Positions 15,945 through 25,784 of a stretch of 47,389 bases of DNA are shown one piece after another. The position numbers were made by a program, and so were the translations under genes. The stretch's first letter is position 1. Each line of letters starts with the position of its first letter. This DNA comes from a virus (Duplodnaviria > Caudoviricetes): positions 1 to 47,389 of IMG/VR virus record IMGVR_UViG_3300034894_000017; one strand, written 5' to 3'. Under the pieces are notes generated by a model. The model was not told the DNA's origin. It worked only from the letters and a program-made list of their open reading frames with translations, and searched no databases.

Positions 15945-16394
15945 CTACCAACCGATCCATGTCACACCTTCACCAGCGACCGCCGCGTCGAGGTAGATGA
16001 GGTTCACGTTGTTGCAGCGTATGAACAGCGGCTCTTTCGCTGACAGCCGCGTCCCGTTTCCCGTGGAGCTTACCGACGCGTTGCCCGCATAGACGACCTG
16101 CGCGTTGGTATCGAGGCCGCGCAGCTGAACGCCCTCAGTCAGTGCCTGACTTGCGCCGAGCACCACGCGTGTGCCGGGCGTGGTGACTGTCTTGGTACCG
16201 CCGTAGATCGCACCGGGCGCACCCTGCGCGGCGTTGATCGCATCGAGCCTGGCTTTGCTCGCGGCGATGTCAGCCTCCACCGTGCCCGGCAGCTTCTCGA
16301 CGTCGTGGGCTGGGATGATGGCCTCGGCGAGTTGCCGCGACTTCATCTTCAATGGCGCGATTGCGACCGGGTCTTTGTAATAGAGGTCAGCCAT
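15945..16394 (-). CDS. Hypothetical tail-associated beta-strand protein
   Basis: Position after tail fibre gene; VYAGN...LIYLDAAVAGEGVTW. Confidence 0.65.
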   Translation of the reverse strand: MADLYYKDPVAIAPLKMKSRQLAEAIIPAHDVEKLPGTVEADIAASKARLDAINAAQGAPGAIYGGTKTVTTPGTRVVLGASQALTEGVQLRGLDTNAQVVYAGNASVSSTGNGTRLSAKEPLFIRCNNVNLIYLDAAVAGEGVTWIGW

Positions 16395-16398
16395 AGTC

Positions 16399-17646
16399 TC
16401 ACCCGAAATAGTGTGTCGCGCGGACCTTTCCATTCTTGGTCACGCCGAGCAGGCGGCCGTTGAACAAGTACTTCGGTGCACTCGAGAACCCCGGCGGCGG
16501 GCCCGGCCAGACGTGCAGCACGTCGACAAAGTAGTCGTCATCCTGCGTCGACGCATTGATGGGACTCAGCAGCACCCAGCGCTCTTGCGGGGACGGCGCG
16601 TAGAGTTCGGCGACGCGCATCATCAGCACATAGTTATGATCGAGGCTGCTGAACACCGCGAGGTGCTCATCGAGCGCGACGACGCTCGCAATATCAAAAC
16701 CGCCTGGGTACGTCACAGCTGTAGGACCGCGCCATGTCATGCCGTCGATCGACGTGAAAACCTGACCGAAGTCCCACGCGATGAACACCTGGTGCTTCTC
16801 ACTCCAAATGACCCCCTTGAGAGCAGCGGTGCCAGCAGGCCCCGCGGTCGCCGCAACCCAAGTCATGCCGGTGTAATCGCCGCATTGAATCTTCGCGTTG
16901 GTACCGACCGCGCAGAACTTTTGCAGCGTCTCAGACCATGCGACAGCGTTCATCGACTCGCTGGGAAACGCTGATGTCGCGGCGGTCCATGTCTCGACGT
17001 CGCCGAACCCGGTTCCGACTTTGATCACGCCGGCATTGCCGACCACGACCGCGCAGTCGAAGCCGCTCGATGCGCCGTTGAGGTCGGGCCCGCCTGTCGC
17101 TGCGCGAAGCCATGCCAGACCATCGAGTGACGTCTGAATCTCCCCTACAGTGCCGACCGCAATGAACCGTAGAAACTGCGACCAATGAACGTCGTTGAAC
17201 TGACCCGCGTAGCTCGCAGCGGCTGACGGCGTCACCCACGCGAACGCAGTATTGGTCAGCGTATGAATCATCGTCGGTGACCCGCCGACCGCGACGACAG
17301 CCTCAGCGCCGGCGTCGATCGATCGGGTGGTGTTCGCAGCACCAGTGACGCGGAGGTCGACCCACTGCGTGATTCCACTGAGCTCCGCCCTGCGACTGCT
17401 TATCCGCTCGATCGCAGTGCTCACCTGCGTCAAGTCGGACTCAACGGGCGTCATCCCCGCGCCTGCGATCAGGTTCGCGAGTTCGTTCTGCATGTCGGTG
17501 AGCGCGTCCCATGCGTGGTTGAAGTAGCCAGCCGGCGGCTCCTCGCCATTCGCGAAGCCCGCGGCTCGCTTGCCTGGCGGCGGCGGGATCGTGCCTGGAT
17601 AGCCGGCTGGTGGCGTTGTCGCCCATTGGTCGAGTTTCAGTTCCAT
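16399..17646 (-). CDS. Tail fibre/baseplate-anchored protein with beta-propeller-like repeats
   Basis: N-terminal GFANGEEPPAGYFN and QNELANLIAGAGMT motifs; repeated FIAVG..G.I.TS.DG..W. Confidence 0.75.
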   Translation of the reverse strand: MELKLDQWATTPPAGYPGTIPPPPGKRAAGFANGEEPPAGYFNHAWDALTDMQNELANLIAGAGMTPVESDLTQVSTAIERISSRRAELSGITQWVDLRVTGAANTTRSIDAGAEAVVAVGGSPTMIHTLTNTAFAWVTPSAAASYAGQFNDVHWSQFLRFIAVGTVGEIQTSLDGLAWLRAATGGPDLNGASSGFDCAVVVGNAGVIKVGTGFGDVETWTAATSAFPSESMNAVAWSETLQKFCAVGTNAKIQCGDYTGMTWVAATAGPAGTAALKGVIWSEKHQVFIAWDFGQVFTSIDGMTWRGPTAVTYPGGFDIASVVALDEHLAVFSSLDHNYVLMMRVAELYAPSPQERWVLLSPINASTQDDDYFVDVLHVWPGPPPGFSSAPKYLFNGRLLGVTKNGKVRATHYFG

Positions 17647-18278
17647 CAGAGCACCACCAGCAAGGCCCCATCGGGAGCAACATCTTGCGTTTCTGGGGGG
17701 TACGCCATGTCACGGCCGTCGCTGATCGCAGAAAGGTGCCCCCTGCTGAAACCGCGCGGGCTGTCATAGACAGACTCTCCGCTGGCCGAGAAGCGGAACG
17801 CCGTGGTCGAGTCGACCCAGTGAAAGAACGCTTGGACGCCGGCCGCCTTGGCCAGCACGATGAGCTGCGCGATCTCCACGCCGTCGGCGCCGAGCACCGG
17901 CCCCATCGCGTGGATCGTGAATGCCGCCGGGTAGTGGTCCTCGATGCGGATCGGCACTTGGCAGAGCTTTGCGGCCAGCGCGATGAGTTGCCGCGACAGA
18001 CCCGAGCTTTGATTGACGAGGACGCGCGCAGAGATCCACACCCGATACTGCTCGTCAGTGCGCCCCTCGCGCGGCTGCCCCACGATCTTGCCGAGCAGGT
18101 CGAGCACAGCACCCTCGGCGGTCGCGGGCGAGCGCTTGGTGAGCAAGTCCCAATAGGCCAGCTCGAGCGCCTGCACCTCGGCCGTCCACGCGGCGAGCAG
18201 GGCCGAGATCTTGGGCTGGCGGTACCGATCGGTAAGAAGCGCGACCGCATCGGCCTCGTGCGTCAGGATGAGGTTCAC
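17646..18278 (-). CDS. Baseplate wedge protein (DUF2612-like)
   Basis: TAEGAVLDLLGKIVGQPR...DEQYR; follows baseplate J. Confidence 0.8.
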   Translation of the reverse strand: MNLILTHEADAVALLTDRYRQPKISALLAAWTAEVQALELAYWDLLTKRSPATAEGAVLDLLGKIVGQPREGRTDEQYRVWISARVLVNQSSGLSRQLIALAAKLCQVPIRIEDHYPAAFTIHAMGPVLGADGVEIAQLIVLAKAAGVQAFFHWVDSTTAFRFSASGESVYDSPRGFSRGHLSAISDGRDMAYPPETQDVAPDGALLVVL

Positions 18279-19474
18279 GACGGGAACTCCGCCACGGCGA
18301 TGTTGGCCGGCAGAACGATCGCCAACTGCCGGCTCGCAATCGCGATCGACGGCTCGCCCGCACCGGGATCGCTGATGGCGGTGAGCGATAACCCGACGCT
18401 GGCATTGAGCACGCCTGGCACCCGTAGCGCGACGCGCACCATCTGGCCGGAGTACACGTCAGTGCCCACGTCGAGATACGCGGGATCGACCTTATTGGTG
18501 GTGGCCGCTTGCAGCGCAAGGGCGAGCGCTTCGTCGCCCACATACTCGGCGGCGCTGGTCACCACGTCGATCGCGACGAACACTGTGACCTCATCGGGGC
18601 GGCTGAAATAGATCTCGTACGTCTCGCCCTGCTCGTCGACCACCTCGACTGGTGGCTCGGTGCCGTGCGTCTGGATGCCGCCGACCTTGTTGGTAGCGAT
18701 GCTCTCGCCGATCGCCTGCGCATCACCACCCCGCACGATCGCCTCGATCGAGTGCGGTGGCAGACCATCCGCGGTCGTGACATCCGTCACGTTCTCGAGT
18801 ACCGCGACCGCCACCACGTCAGGCACGCGCGACAAGTCTGCGCGAATGCCGTTCACCGTGCCGCCGCCCGCTGCCGCCAGCTCAACGAGCCGCCGGATGC
18901 GGTAAGCAGCATCGGTCTCGACGAAGGATCCGAGCGCTGCGTCCTCGGCGTTGGTGATGGAGTTCCAGCCGGCAATGAACGTCTCGATTACGTTGAGCGT
19001 GGTCGCGTTCGCGACGACCGGCCCGACCTCCTCGGCCTCGAACAGCACACTCACGTTCGCGGGCGCACCGCCCGGGTTGAGCATGGGCTCGACGTTCACG
19101 AACCGCGCAACCGGGTTGCCCTGCACGCTCGCGACCGCGTCACCGGCAGCGATGGTGGTGGCTGCCGAGAGGTTGACGGTGGCAGTCACCGTGCTTTTCT
19201 TTGCGTCGTGCCGCAGCGTGTTGGTCAGGCTGTAGAGCGCGTCTTGCTGCACGCCACTGGCCATGTCCGGGTCGAGCGCGTCGTAGAGTTCCTGGCCAGC
19301 CTCCCAGAGTTCAACAAGCTTGCTTGCGAAGACGCCGTTGAGTTGGCCGAGCACGCTGAAGGGGCTCGTGTCGATGTCGGGTCCGAGATCTGCCCGCTGG
19401 CGAGTCACTACATCGTTGAGCACGTCCTCGAGGCTCTTGGGAACGAACCCGTCGGGGGTGAGACCGAAGCTCAT
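18275..19474 (-). CDS. Baseplate J/gp47-family protein
   Basis: DPDMASG, ETDAAYRIR, LENVT...DGLPPHSIEAIVRGG, FSRP. Confidence 0.92.
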   Translation of the reverse strand: MSFGLTPDGFVPKSLEDVLNDVVTRQRADLGPDIDTSPFSVLGQLNGVFASKLVELWEAGQELYDALDPDMASGVQQDALYSLTNTLRHDAKKSTVTATVNLSAATTIAAGDAVASVQGNPVARFVNVEPMLNPGGAPANVSVLFEAEEVGPVVANATTLNVIETFIAGWNSITNAEDAALGSFVETDAAYRIRRLVELAAAGGGTVNGIRADLSRVPDVVAVAVLENVTDVTTADGLPPHSIEAIVRGGDAQAIGESIATNKVGGIQTHGTEPPVEVVDEQGETYEIYFSRPDEVTVFVAIDVVTSAAEYVGDEALALALQAATTNKVDPAYLDVGTDVYSGQMVRVALRVPGVLNASVGLSLTAISDPGAGEPSIAIASRQLAIVLPANIAVAEFPS

Positions 19475-19848
19475 TGCGATCCCCCGATCGTCTCTGACAG
19501 ACCCAGCGATGCCTCTTCCCCGCTGCTGAGCAGGGCCTCTGCCTGGACCGTCAATGTGCGAGTGGTGCGGTCCAGGCTCAGACGCATGTCGCGCACGTCG
19601 GCGACGCCTGGCACCGCGCGCGTTGCAGTCGCGAAGATCGCGCGCACCACCGCGGGGTTGACGCCCTTCTCGAGGATGTCGTGCTGGTAGTCGATGCCGA
19701 GCGAGCGGTCCTGAAACCACTCGCCGCGGAACATGGTGATGTGAAACGCCCAGAGCTGCGCCACCGCTTCGGCACCTACACACAGGCGCGCGCTGCCGCC
19801 CTGCAGGTCCAGGTCACCAGTCGCGGGGTCAAGCGCCAGGTCCGACAC
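19471..19848 (-). CDS. Baseplate wedge/sheath initiator (gp25-like)
   Basis: DLALDPATGDL...FRGEWFQDRSLGIDY...VPGV. Confidence 0.85.
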   Translation of the reverse strand: MSDLALDPATGDLDLQGGSARLCVGAEAVAQLWAFHITMFRGEWFQDRSLGIDYQHDILEKGVNPAVVRAIFATATRAVPGVADVRDMRLSLDRTTRTLTVQAEALLSSGEEASLGLSETIGGSQ

Positions 19849-19883
19849 GAGGCGCTGGTATGCGGGGACCGAGACGGGGTCAA
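19849..19883 (-). promoter_or_regulatory. Candidate late promoter, copy 3
   Basis: TTGACC (19883-19878), 17 bp ending CGCA, TACCAG (19860-19855), 6 nt, then GTG 19848. Confidence 0.7.
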
Positions 19884-19893
19884 GCGCTGCAAC

Positions 19894-20340
19894 TTATGCC
19901 CAGGGGACAGCCGTCCCGGCCGCGGGCGGGGCGGCTGTGCCGGTCGTCGTCCAGGTGTGGATCGCGTCGGCCATGGCCTGGGCGGCGGCCGAGTGCGTCG
20001 TCGGAAATGGCGGGGCGAACAGCGTGGCAAACCCGACCGGACCCGGCGGTGGTGTGGCTATGAACGCCGGCGCCATCCCCGTACCGAGCGCCGCGCCGAG
20101 GGTCGTGAACGCGGCTTCCATCGGTGGCGCGGCCGCGGCGGTGCCGAACGCTGAGAGCAGCGCTGTCTCGAGCGCCGCGGTGGCAGCCGTGATCGAGGCC
20201 GGCGTGGGCGGTGGTGTAAGGGCTGTGACGTACCCACCCACCGCATCGGCCCATGCCGCGGCGCACAAGGCCGTGGTCGCCGGCGGGTTCTTGGCGATGT
20301 CCTCCAGGTCGGACTTGAGCGTTGCCTTGTTGAGGGTCAT
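19894..20340 (-). CDS. Hypothetical Ala-rich baseplate-region protein
   Basis: ATGA-coupled to spike gene; MTLNKATLKSDLE... Confidence 0.7.
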   Translation of the reverse strand: MTLNKATLKSDLEDIAKNPPATTALCAAAWADAVGGYVTALTPPPTPASITAATAALETALLSAFGTAAAAPPMEAAFTTLGAALGTGMAPAFIATPPPGPVGFATLFAPPFPTTHSAAAQAMADAIHTWTTTGTAAPPAAGTAVPWA

Positions 20341-21017
20341 TTCAGCTTGTGAAGCGACGACAGGATCGTCGTGAGGTTGGGCGCGTTGATCGGGGTGCCC
20401 GATGGCCCCATGGCAGTGGGCACCGTCATGGCGCTGAGCCAGGTTTTGAGCGCGGCACCAAGCACCATCGGCTCGAGCGCGAGGTCGCCGCCGATCAGCA
20501 CCGCGCCGGCCGGGGTGATGTGGATCTGCTTGGCGGCGGTGGCGCCCGTCACGCCGATCACGAGGTTCTGCGCGTGCACGCCTTCCAACAACGCCGAGCG
20601 CGGGGCTGGCCCGCACGGCAGAGCCACCGCGCCCTCGAGGCTGTGTGTTCCCATGTCGCCCGGGATGATCGCCCGCTGGCTGCCCTTGCGCGCGGTCTGG
20701 AGCCATTGATCGAGCGAGCGTTCGGCGAACACCAGCAGCACGAAGTCGCCAACGGCGAGCGGCATGCTCACGAAGAACCCGCCGCCCTGCATGTAGCCCA
20801 CCGGCACCATGGGAACCACCGGCAGCGTCTCGTCGACCAGGACGCCATCCTCGTTGGGGGCGCGCCGCTGCAGGCTCGGTTGCACGTCGATGAACTGCCG
20901 CCCGTGCTCGCCGGCGTGCACGCGGAGCACCTCGGCCGGCATGGCGGTATGGACGTCGCCGAGCTCGGCCTGCATCGCCGCGCGCTGAATGTCCAGGTCC
21001 GAGGGGGTGACACTCAT
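20337..21017 (-). CDS. Baseplate spike (Gp138-like)
   Basis: VHTAMPAEV...IDVQP...VPV...GGGFFVSMPLAVGDFVLLVFAERSLDQW. Confidence 0.88.
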   Translation of the reverse strand: MSVTPSDLDIQRAAMQAELGDVHTAMPAEVLRVHAGEHGRQFIDVQPSLQRRAPNEDGVLVDETLPVVPMVPVGYMQGGGFFVSMPLAVGDFVLLVFAERSLDQWLQTARKGSQRAIIPGDMGTHSLEGAVALPCGPAPRSALLEGVHAQNLVIGVTGATAAKQIHITPAGAVLIGGDLALEPMVLGAALKTWLSAMTVPTAMGPSGTPINAPNLTTILSSLHKLK

Positions 21018-21844
21018 CGCTTGCGCTCCTCGTTGCGCAGTTCGAGATCCACATACCAGTCATGGCCGGCGGTGTCGCCCACATGCTTGGTGGTCTCGGC
21101 GCGATAGATCCCGGTGACGTGCTCGCTCGTGATCCGAATGCGACGGCCGGGGAAAAGGTCCGGGATCATCAGGCAGCGCGCCTCGGTGATCGCCTTGTTG
21201 CCGGGCTCGGGCGAGCCGATAAGCCCGGTGTCGGGACTGAGCTCGATGCCCAGCTCTTGGAGCGGCATGCCCTGGTCGAGGAACTGCAGCTCGTCGTCCT
21301 GGATCGACCACTCGAGGCCGCAGCTGCGGGCCAGGCGGTCGAGCTCCCCCTCGATGGCGCCGGCCAGCGCATAGCCGTTGAAAAACTTCGAGGCCTGCGT
21401 GCCCTGGATCTTGGCGCTGACGGTCTTGGCAGCAGTGTTACCGAGGCGCACGCCCATCGCCTTGGCGGCCGCGTTGAGCACGTTTTCAACCGTGGCGCCC
21501 GGGGCAAAGCTCTTGAGGATGCGGCGCTTGCGGGCGCGGCGGCCGCTGTCGCTGGTGATCGTGGTGACCCAGTCGGTGCCCTCGCGCGTGCTGATCACGT
21601 CACGCAGGTCGCCGCGAAAGAGCAGCGAGGTGCCGCCGACGTAGCCAGCCTCAAGTGACACGTACACCGTCTCGAGCTCCTGCAAGCGCTTGCGGTGCTC
21701 GGCGTTGAGGTTCCAGATGCGCATCTCGGCGCTGTTGGGCGTCTTGGCCGACAGCGACTTGGTGATCTCGAACGCCACGTCGAGCTCCTCGATCACGTAC
21801 TCGTCGACCTGCACGCGCACCTTGCGGTCAAAGAGCACCGTCAT
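21014..21844 (-). CDS. Baseplate hub protein
   Basis: FEITKS...PNSAEMRIWNL...LEAGY...LFRGD...WSIQD...TGLIGSP. Confidence 0.88.
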   Translation of the reverse strand: MTVLFDRKVRVQVDEYVIEELDVAFEITKSLSAKTPNSAEMRIWNLNAEHRKRLQELETVYVSLEAGYVGGTSLLFRGDLRDVISTREGTDWVTTITSDSGRRARKRRILKSFAPGATVENVLNAAAKAMGVRLGNTAAKTVSAKIQGTQASKFFNGYALAGAIEGELDRLARSCGLEWSIQDDELQFLDQGMPLQELGIELSPDTGLIGSPEPGNKAITEARCLMIPDLFPGRRIRITSEHVTGIYRAETTKHVGDTAGHDWYVDLELRNEERKR

Positions 21845-22167
21845 GACCGCGCCTCGATGTAGTGCAGGCAGTACCGCGTGCCGAACTCGTCGAATGTCGC
21901 GTTGCCGTCGCGTGCCTGGCCGTCCAGGAGATACAGCTCACCCGGCGGCCGCTCGGGGTGCAGGTTGCGGCGGAGGAGCGGGAAGCGCGTCACCAGGCGC
22001 ACGCCCATCGCTATAGGCGTGCCGTCGAGCGTGGAGAGATCCATGTGCCAGCAGACGCCGCGCTCGTTCCACCGGAAGCGAAAGGTGTAGGTGACGCCGT
22101 CGAGCTCCGACTGCTGCGTCGCGTCGGGGTACACCTCGGTGGGGATGAGTCGTATGCCCATGGTCAC
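21841..22167 (-). CDS. Baseplate plug-like protein
   Basis: LDGVTYTFRFRWNER...WHMDL...FG...LHY. Confidence 0.8.
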   Translation of the reverse strand: MTMGIRLIPTEVYPDATQQSELDGVTYTFRFRWNERGVCWHMDLSTLDGTPIAMGVRLVTRFPLLRRNLHPERPPGELYLLDGQARDGNATFDEFGTRYCLHYIEARS

Positions 22168-22931
22168 AGCCCGATCAGCTTCTTGATGTCGTCCTTCGTA
22201 ATCGTGCCGAGCTTCGAGAGCAGGCTCTGCTTGTCGGTGTCGCCGGGTGCGACCAGGCCCGCCGGCGGTGGGCTGACCGGTTGGGTCGGCTGCTTGCCCC
22301 GCGACTTGCGTGGCTTGGCGCGCGCGTCCACCGGGTCAGGTAGCTTGGCCGTCTGGCTGCTGACGATGCGCAGCACCCGCCCGGATGCCGAGAAGTTCAG
22401 ACGCCCCTGCCCCGCTTCGCTCGTGCGCTCGATGTGCAGGCCGGTCAGCGCCACGTTCTGGTAGGTCATGAGGCCCGTCACGACGGTGACCAGGGCGCGG
22501 CGCTCGAAGATCGACACCAGCGCGGCGTGCACGGCGCTCACCCGATCAAAGGGCTCGGTGAAGTGCAGGACGCTGGCCGAGAACACGCGCTTGCTGCGCA
22601 CGTCGAGCTTGAGCGCGCCGAGCAACGCGGCTGCTTGGTGGGCGCCCGGCACCAACCCGATCGCACCAAGCGACGGTTCGCCCTCGATCTCGATGGGGCT
22701 CGGATCTTTGCGCGATGTACCGGCGTGCGACTTGGGCTCCTCGATAGGGTGGTTGGTGACCACGCCGTCGATGTCGATGGTGGCGGGCATGGGCCGGATG
22801 TGATCGGCCACGTCCGCGCCGGCCTCGACAGGATGCTCAGTCACTTCGGCCGTCAGGGCATGGCCCTCCCGGACCGAGACATCGATCCAGATGTCGCCGA
22901 TCTCGACGTGCCGGTTCGCCACCTCAGCCAC
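22164..22931 (-). CDS. Distal tail/tube initiator protein
   Basis: IDVSVREGH...VTEHPVEAGADVADH...LVTVVTGLMTYQNV; follows tape measure. Confidence 0.85.
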   Translation of the reverse strand: MAEVANRHVEIGDIWIDVSVREGHALTAEVTEHPVEAGADVADHIRPMPATIDIDGVVTNHPIEEPKSHAGTSRKDPSPIEIEGEPSLGAIGLVPGAHQAAALLGALKLDVRSKRVFSASVLHFTEPFDRVSAVHAALVSIFERRALVTVVTGLMTYQNVALTGLHIERTSEAGQGRLNFSASGRVLRIVSSQTAKLPDPVDARAKPRKSRGKQPTQPVSPPPAGLVAPGDTDKQSLLSKLGTITKDDIKKLIGL

Positions 22932-24705
22932 TCCCGGGGCGCGATAGCGCGGCGTTGCTCTTGCGGCGCTCGGCTGCCAGGGCGTCGAGCACAGCGCGGC
23001 GGACCTCGGCGGGGTTGCCGCCGTTCACGTTGACGGTGACGGTCGTGTTGCCCGACTGCACGACCACGGGCGGCGTGCCGCTCGGTGCGGCGGGGGCGCT
23101 CACCGTTGGCGGGCCGCCGACCGCGGTGGGTGACGCTCGCCCGGATCGGATCTCCTCTACCGCGGCGTTGACCCCTCGCCCGAGCGCACGACCTGGCTTG
23201 CTCGCCTCGCGCTCGGCGCTGATGTCCGCAGCCTTTTCCTTGAGGCCCTGCTGACGCGCCTGCTCGGGAGTCATCAGTCCCGCGCCGACGCCCCGACCGG
23301 CAGCGCGCTCGCTCGAAAACAGCACTCGCTGCTTGCCGGTCGCTGCGCCGCCGATGCCGGGCAGGTTGTAAAAGAAGTCGGCGATCGCGGTGCCGAGGCG
23401 GGCATAGAGGTTGTACAAGCGCTCGCCCATGAGCTCGAGTTCACCGAACCACCCGATCTGCTCTTGCAGCTTTGCCGTGTCCGCGTCTGCCCAAAGGTTG
23501 CGCCATGATTCGGCCAGTATGTCGACGCCCGCCGCGTGGTTTCGGATCAACTCGTCGACAGTGCCGAGGCCACCGACCGCTTCGATGTAGTCGCCGATGA
23601 CGCTCTTGCCGCCCGTGAACAGGTTGAAGAGCTCATCGACGATCAGAATCAGCGCCACCGCCGCGGCCGCCGGCAGGATGAAGGGGGCGAGCATCTGCAC
23701 TCCGAGCGCAACGGCAACGCCACCGAGGACCACCATGGCACTCTGGAGTACAGAGGTGCCTGCCGTCCAATCCTTGAACGCCGCCACCGCTTTGGATGCG
23801 CCCGCCACAATGCGCTCGAGCGTGGGCATGACCGCCATGCCCATCTCGGTACCGAGATCGCGCAATGCCCCCTTGAGCGCCTTGCTCGAGTTGGCAAAGC
23901 CGCCAGCGGTGCGGGCCGCGTCGCCCTGCGCGGACTTGGTGCGCGCGAGGATGAACTGATAACGCAGCTCGGTCTTCTCGGCGACGCTCATCGCGGCGAG
24001 CTTCTTGCGAATGCCCTGGGTGTGCGCGTACTCCTGCAGCGTCGCGTCCTGCATCACGACGCCGAAGCGCTTGAGGGGTTCCGCCTCGCCCGAGATACCA
24101 GCGCGCAGCGCGACGAGTGCATCCTGATCGGTCGCGTTGAAGAAGCTCCCGAGGTCCACGGCAAGCGTGGCGAGCGTCGTGCTCATCGCTTGCGCCTTGG
24201 CTTTGTTCTGCACCATCGGGTCGAGGATCGCGCCGAGCCCGCCGGCGAACTCCTGCAGCTGAAAGCGCGAGCGCCCCAGGTTCGATGAGGCCGCCTGCGA
24301 CCAGCTCTTGACCTGGCCAGCGCCCTCCGCACCGAACACCTGCTCGAGGACGTTGCCCGTCTCGTTCGCATCGGACGCAAGCTGGACGATCGATCGAAGG
24401 GTCTGCGTGATGCCCGCAGCCGCGATCAGCTTGCCGAGCGCACCGCCGAACGCTGAGGCCCCGGTCGCGGCGACCGCCATACCCGCCCGGCTGCCAGCCG
24501 CTGCTTTGCCCGTCGCGGCGAACCTGCTGCCCGCACTGGCCACCCGACCGCCTGCGGCTGTCGCCGCCGTGCCGACGACGCCGAGCTTCTTGCTTGTCGC
24601 GGCGAGCTGCCCCTGCACCTGCGCGATCCCGCGCTCGGCGGCTTGGAACCCGGTCTTGTCGACCTCGAAGCCAAGGCGCGCGACGATCTCGCGCAGCACA
24701 GTCAC
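22924..24705 (-). CDS. Tail tape measure protein
   Basis: Ala/Gly-rich; DLGSFFN...ALRAGISGEAEPLKRFGV; hydrophobic segments; follows chaperones. Confidence 0.9.
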   Translation of the reverse strand: MTVLREIVARLGFEVDKTGFQAAERGIAQVQGQLAATSKKLGVVGTAATAAGGRVASAGSRFAATGKAAAGSRAGMAVAATGASAFGGALGKLIAAAGITQTLRSIVQLASDANETGNVLEQVFGAEGAGQVKSWSQAASSNLGRSRFQLQEFAGGLGAILDPMVQNKAKAQAMSTTLATLAVDLGSFFNATDQDALVALRAGISGEAEPLKRFGVVMQDATLQEYAHTQGIRKKLAAMSVAEKTELRYQFILARTKSAQGDAARTAGGFANSSKALKGALRDLGTEMGMAVMPTLERIVAGASKAVAAFKDWTAGTSVLQSAMVVLGGVAVALGVQMLAPFILPAAAAVALILIVDELFNLFTGGKSVIGDYIEAVGGLGTVDELIRNHAAGVDILAESWRNLWADADTAKLQEQIGWFGELELMGERLYNLYARLGTAIADFFYNLPGIGGAATGKQRVLFSSERAAGRGVGAGLMTPEQARQQGLKEKAADISAEREASKPGRALGRGVNAAVEEIRSGRASPTAVGGPPTVSAPAAPSGTPPVVVQSGNTTVTVNVNGGNPAEVRRAVLDALAAERRKSNAALSRPGSG

Positions 24706-24941
24706 GACCGACTCCGCGCGGCCAGGTGCTCGAGATCTTCGTACATGTCCAGCACGTCGTGGGCCTCATACAGGTCGTCGAGCGACCAGGCGGTTTGGAT
24801 TTCTACGAGGCCGGAATGGTACCTCGTGCTGGTGGCGACGCGGTGGATGTCCCAGTCGACGCGCTCGGGGACGGCGATGCTGACAGCACGCTCTGGATCC
24901 GACCGATCAGGCCGGGGCCGCCGTTCGATCCGACGAAAAAA
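24702..24941 (-). CDS. -1 frameshift extension of the tail assembly chaperone
   Basis: Slippery T TTT TTC at 24941-24935; -1 frame is open to TGA 24702 and encodes LVEIQTAWSLDDLYEAHDVLD. Confidence 0.8.
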   Translation of the reverse strand, partial: FFRRIERRPRPDRSDPERAVSIAVPERVDWDIHRVATSTRYHSGLVEIQTAWSLDDLYEAHDVLDMYEDLEHLAARSRS

Positions 24942-25330
24942 CTGGCGTAGTTCACCTCAAGACAGAACCTCGCCCAGAGCAGCATCTCGTCGTACCTGCC
25001 CGCGAAGTGCACGTCGAACACGTCGGACAGGCGCGGCTCCCGATCACCGATTACGACAACGGTCTGCTTGGCGAAGTCGTCCAGTACCGCGCCCACCTCC
25101 GCCTCGTTCAGGCGCTCTGCCAGTTCGTAGAGTCCCTGACTCAGCCCTGCTGCCAGCGCCGCCTCGACCTCCTTGTGCTGACCCTGCGCGAGGCTGCTGA
25201 GTGTGGCGCCGAGACTCGGGCCGGCCAGCTTGAGCAAGCGGACCAGTAAGCCCCGCCCCTGCTTGGCGCCGAACTGCGTCACGCGGTACGTGTGCTCGCC
25301 GATGCGCTTCTCGCGGGCTTCGATCGCCAT
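24803..25330 (-). CDS. Tail assembly chaperone
   Basis: Between tube and tape measure; FDVHFAGRY...LEVNYASFF. Confidence 0.85.
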   Translation of the reverse strand: MAIEAREKRIGEHTYRVTQFGAKQGRGLLVRLLKLAGPSLGATLSSLAQGQHKEVEAALAAGLSQGLYELAERLNEAEVGAVLDDFAKQTVVVIGDREPRLSDVFDVHFAGRYDEMLLWARFCLEVNYASFFVGSNGGPGLIGRIQSVLSASPSPSASTGTSTASPPARGTIPAS

Positions 25331-25334
25331 GCGG

Positions 25335-25772
25335 CTACCGCCCGCCGAAGAAGCTGCCACGCGCGTCGGCGAGCCGGATCTTCCACTCGAGGACCTGCAC
25401 CGCCTTGCCTGCTTTGTAGGCAGGGAAGCCCGTGATCCATGCGCGCTCCGAGAGCACCACAAGGCGCCCCTCTTTGTCGCGCGCATTGAACACGCCGGCG
25501 CCGGCGCCGTTGGGCAAGCTGAGATCGGCCTGCAGCATCGAGCTCAGGCGATCGTTGGCGTTGGCGGTGTTGGCGTAGCGCAGCGTAACGAACGCCTTGA
25601 AGTTGTTGGTGGCGTACCGCGAGACCTCGCCGTCGGCGCCGGTGAAGTCGAGGAACTGAGCATCGTCCCACTCGAGGCTAAACACCTCGTCATCGGCATA
25701 GCCGCCGTCGTCGAGCGGGATCGCATTGAGGCTGATGGCGAGGTCGTTGATGTTCCAGTCCTTGAATCCCAT
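25335..25772 (-). CDS. Tail tube protein (DUF3277-like)
   Basis: GADGEVSR...VTLR...NDRLS...AWI..P...EWKI; follows sheath. Confidence 0.85.
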   Translation of the reverse strand: MGFKDWNINDLAISLNAIPLDDGGYADDEVFSLEWDDAQFLDFTGADGEVSRYATNNFKAFVTLRYANTANANDRLSSMLQADLSLPNGAGAGVFNARDKEGRLVVLSERAWITGFPAYKAGKAVQVLEWKIRLADARGSFFGGR

Positions 25773-25784
25773 AGCAACCTCCCC

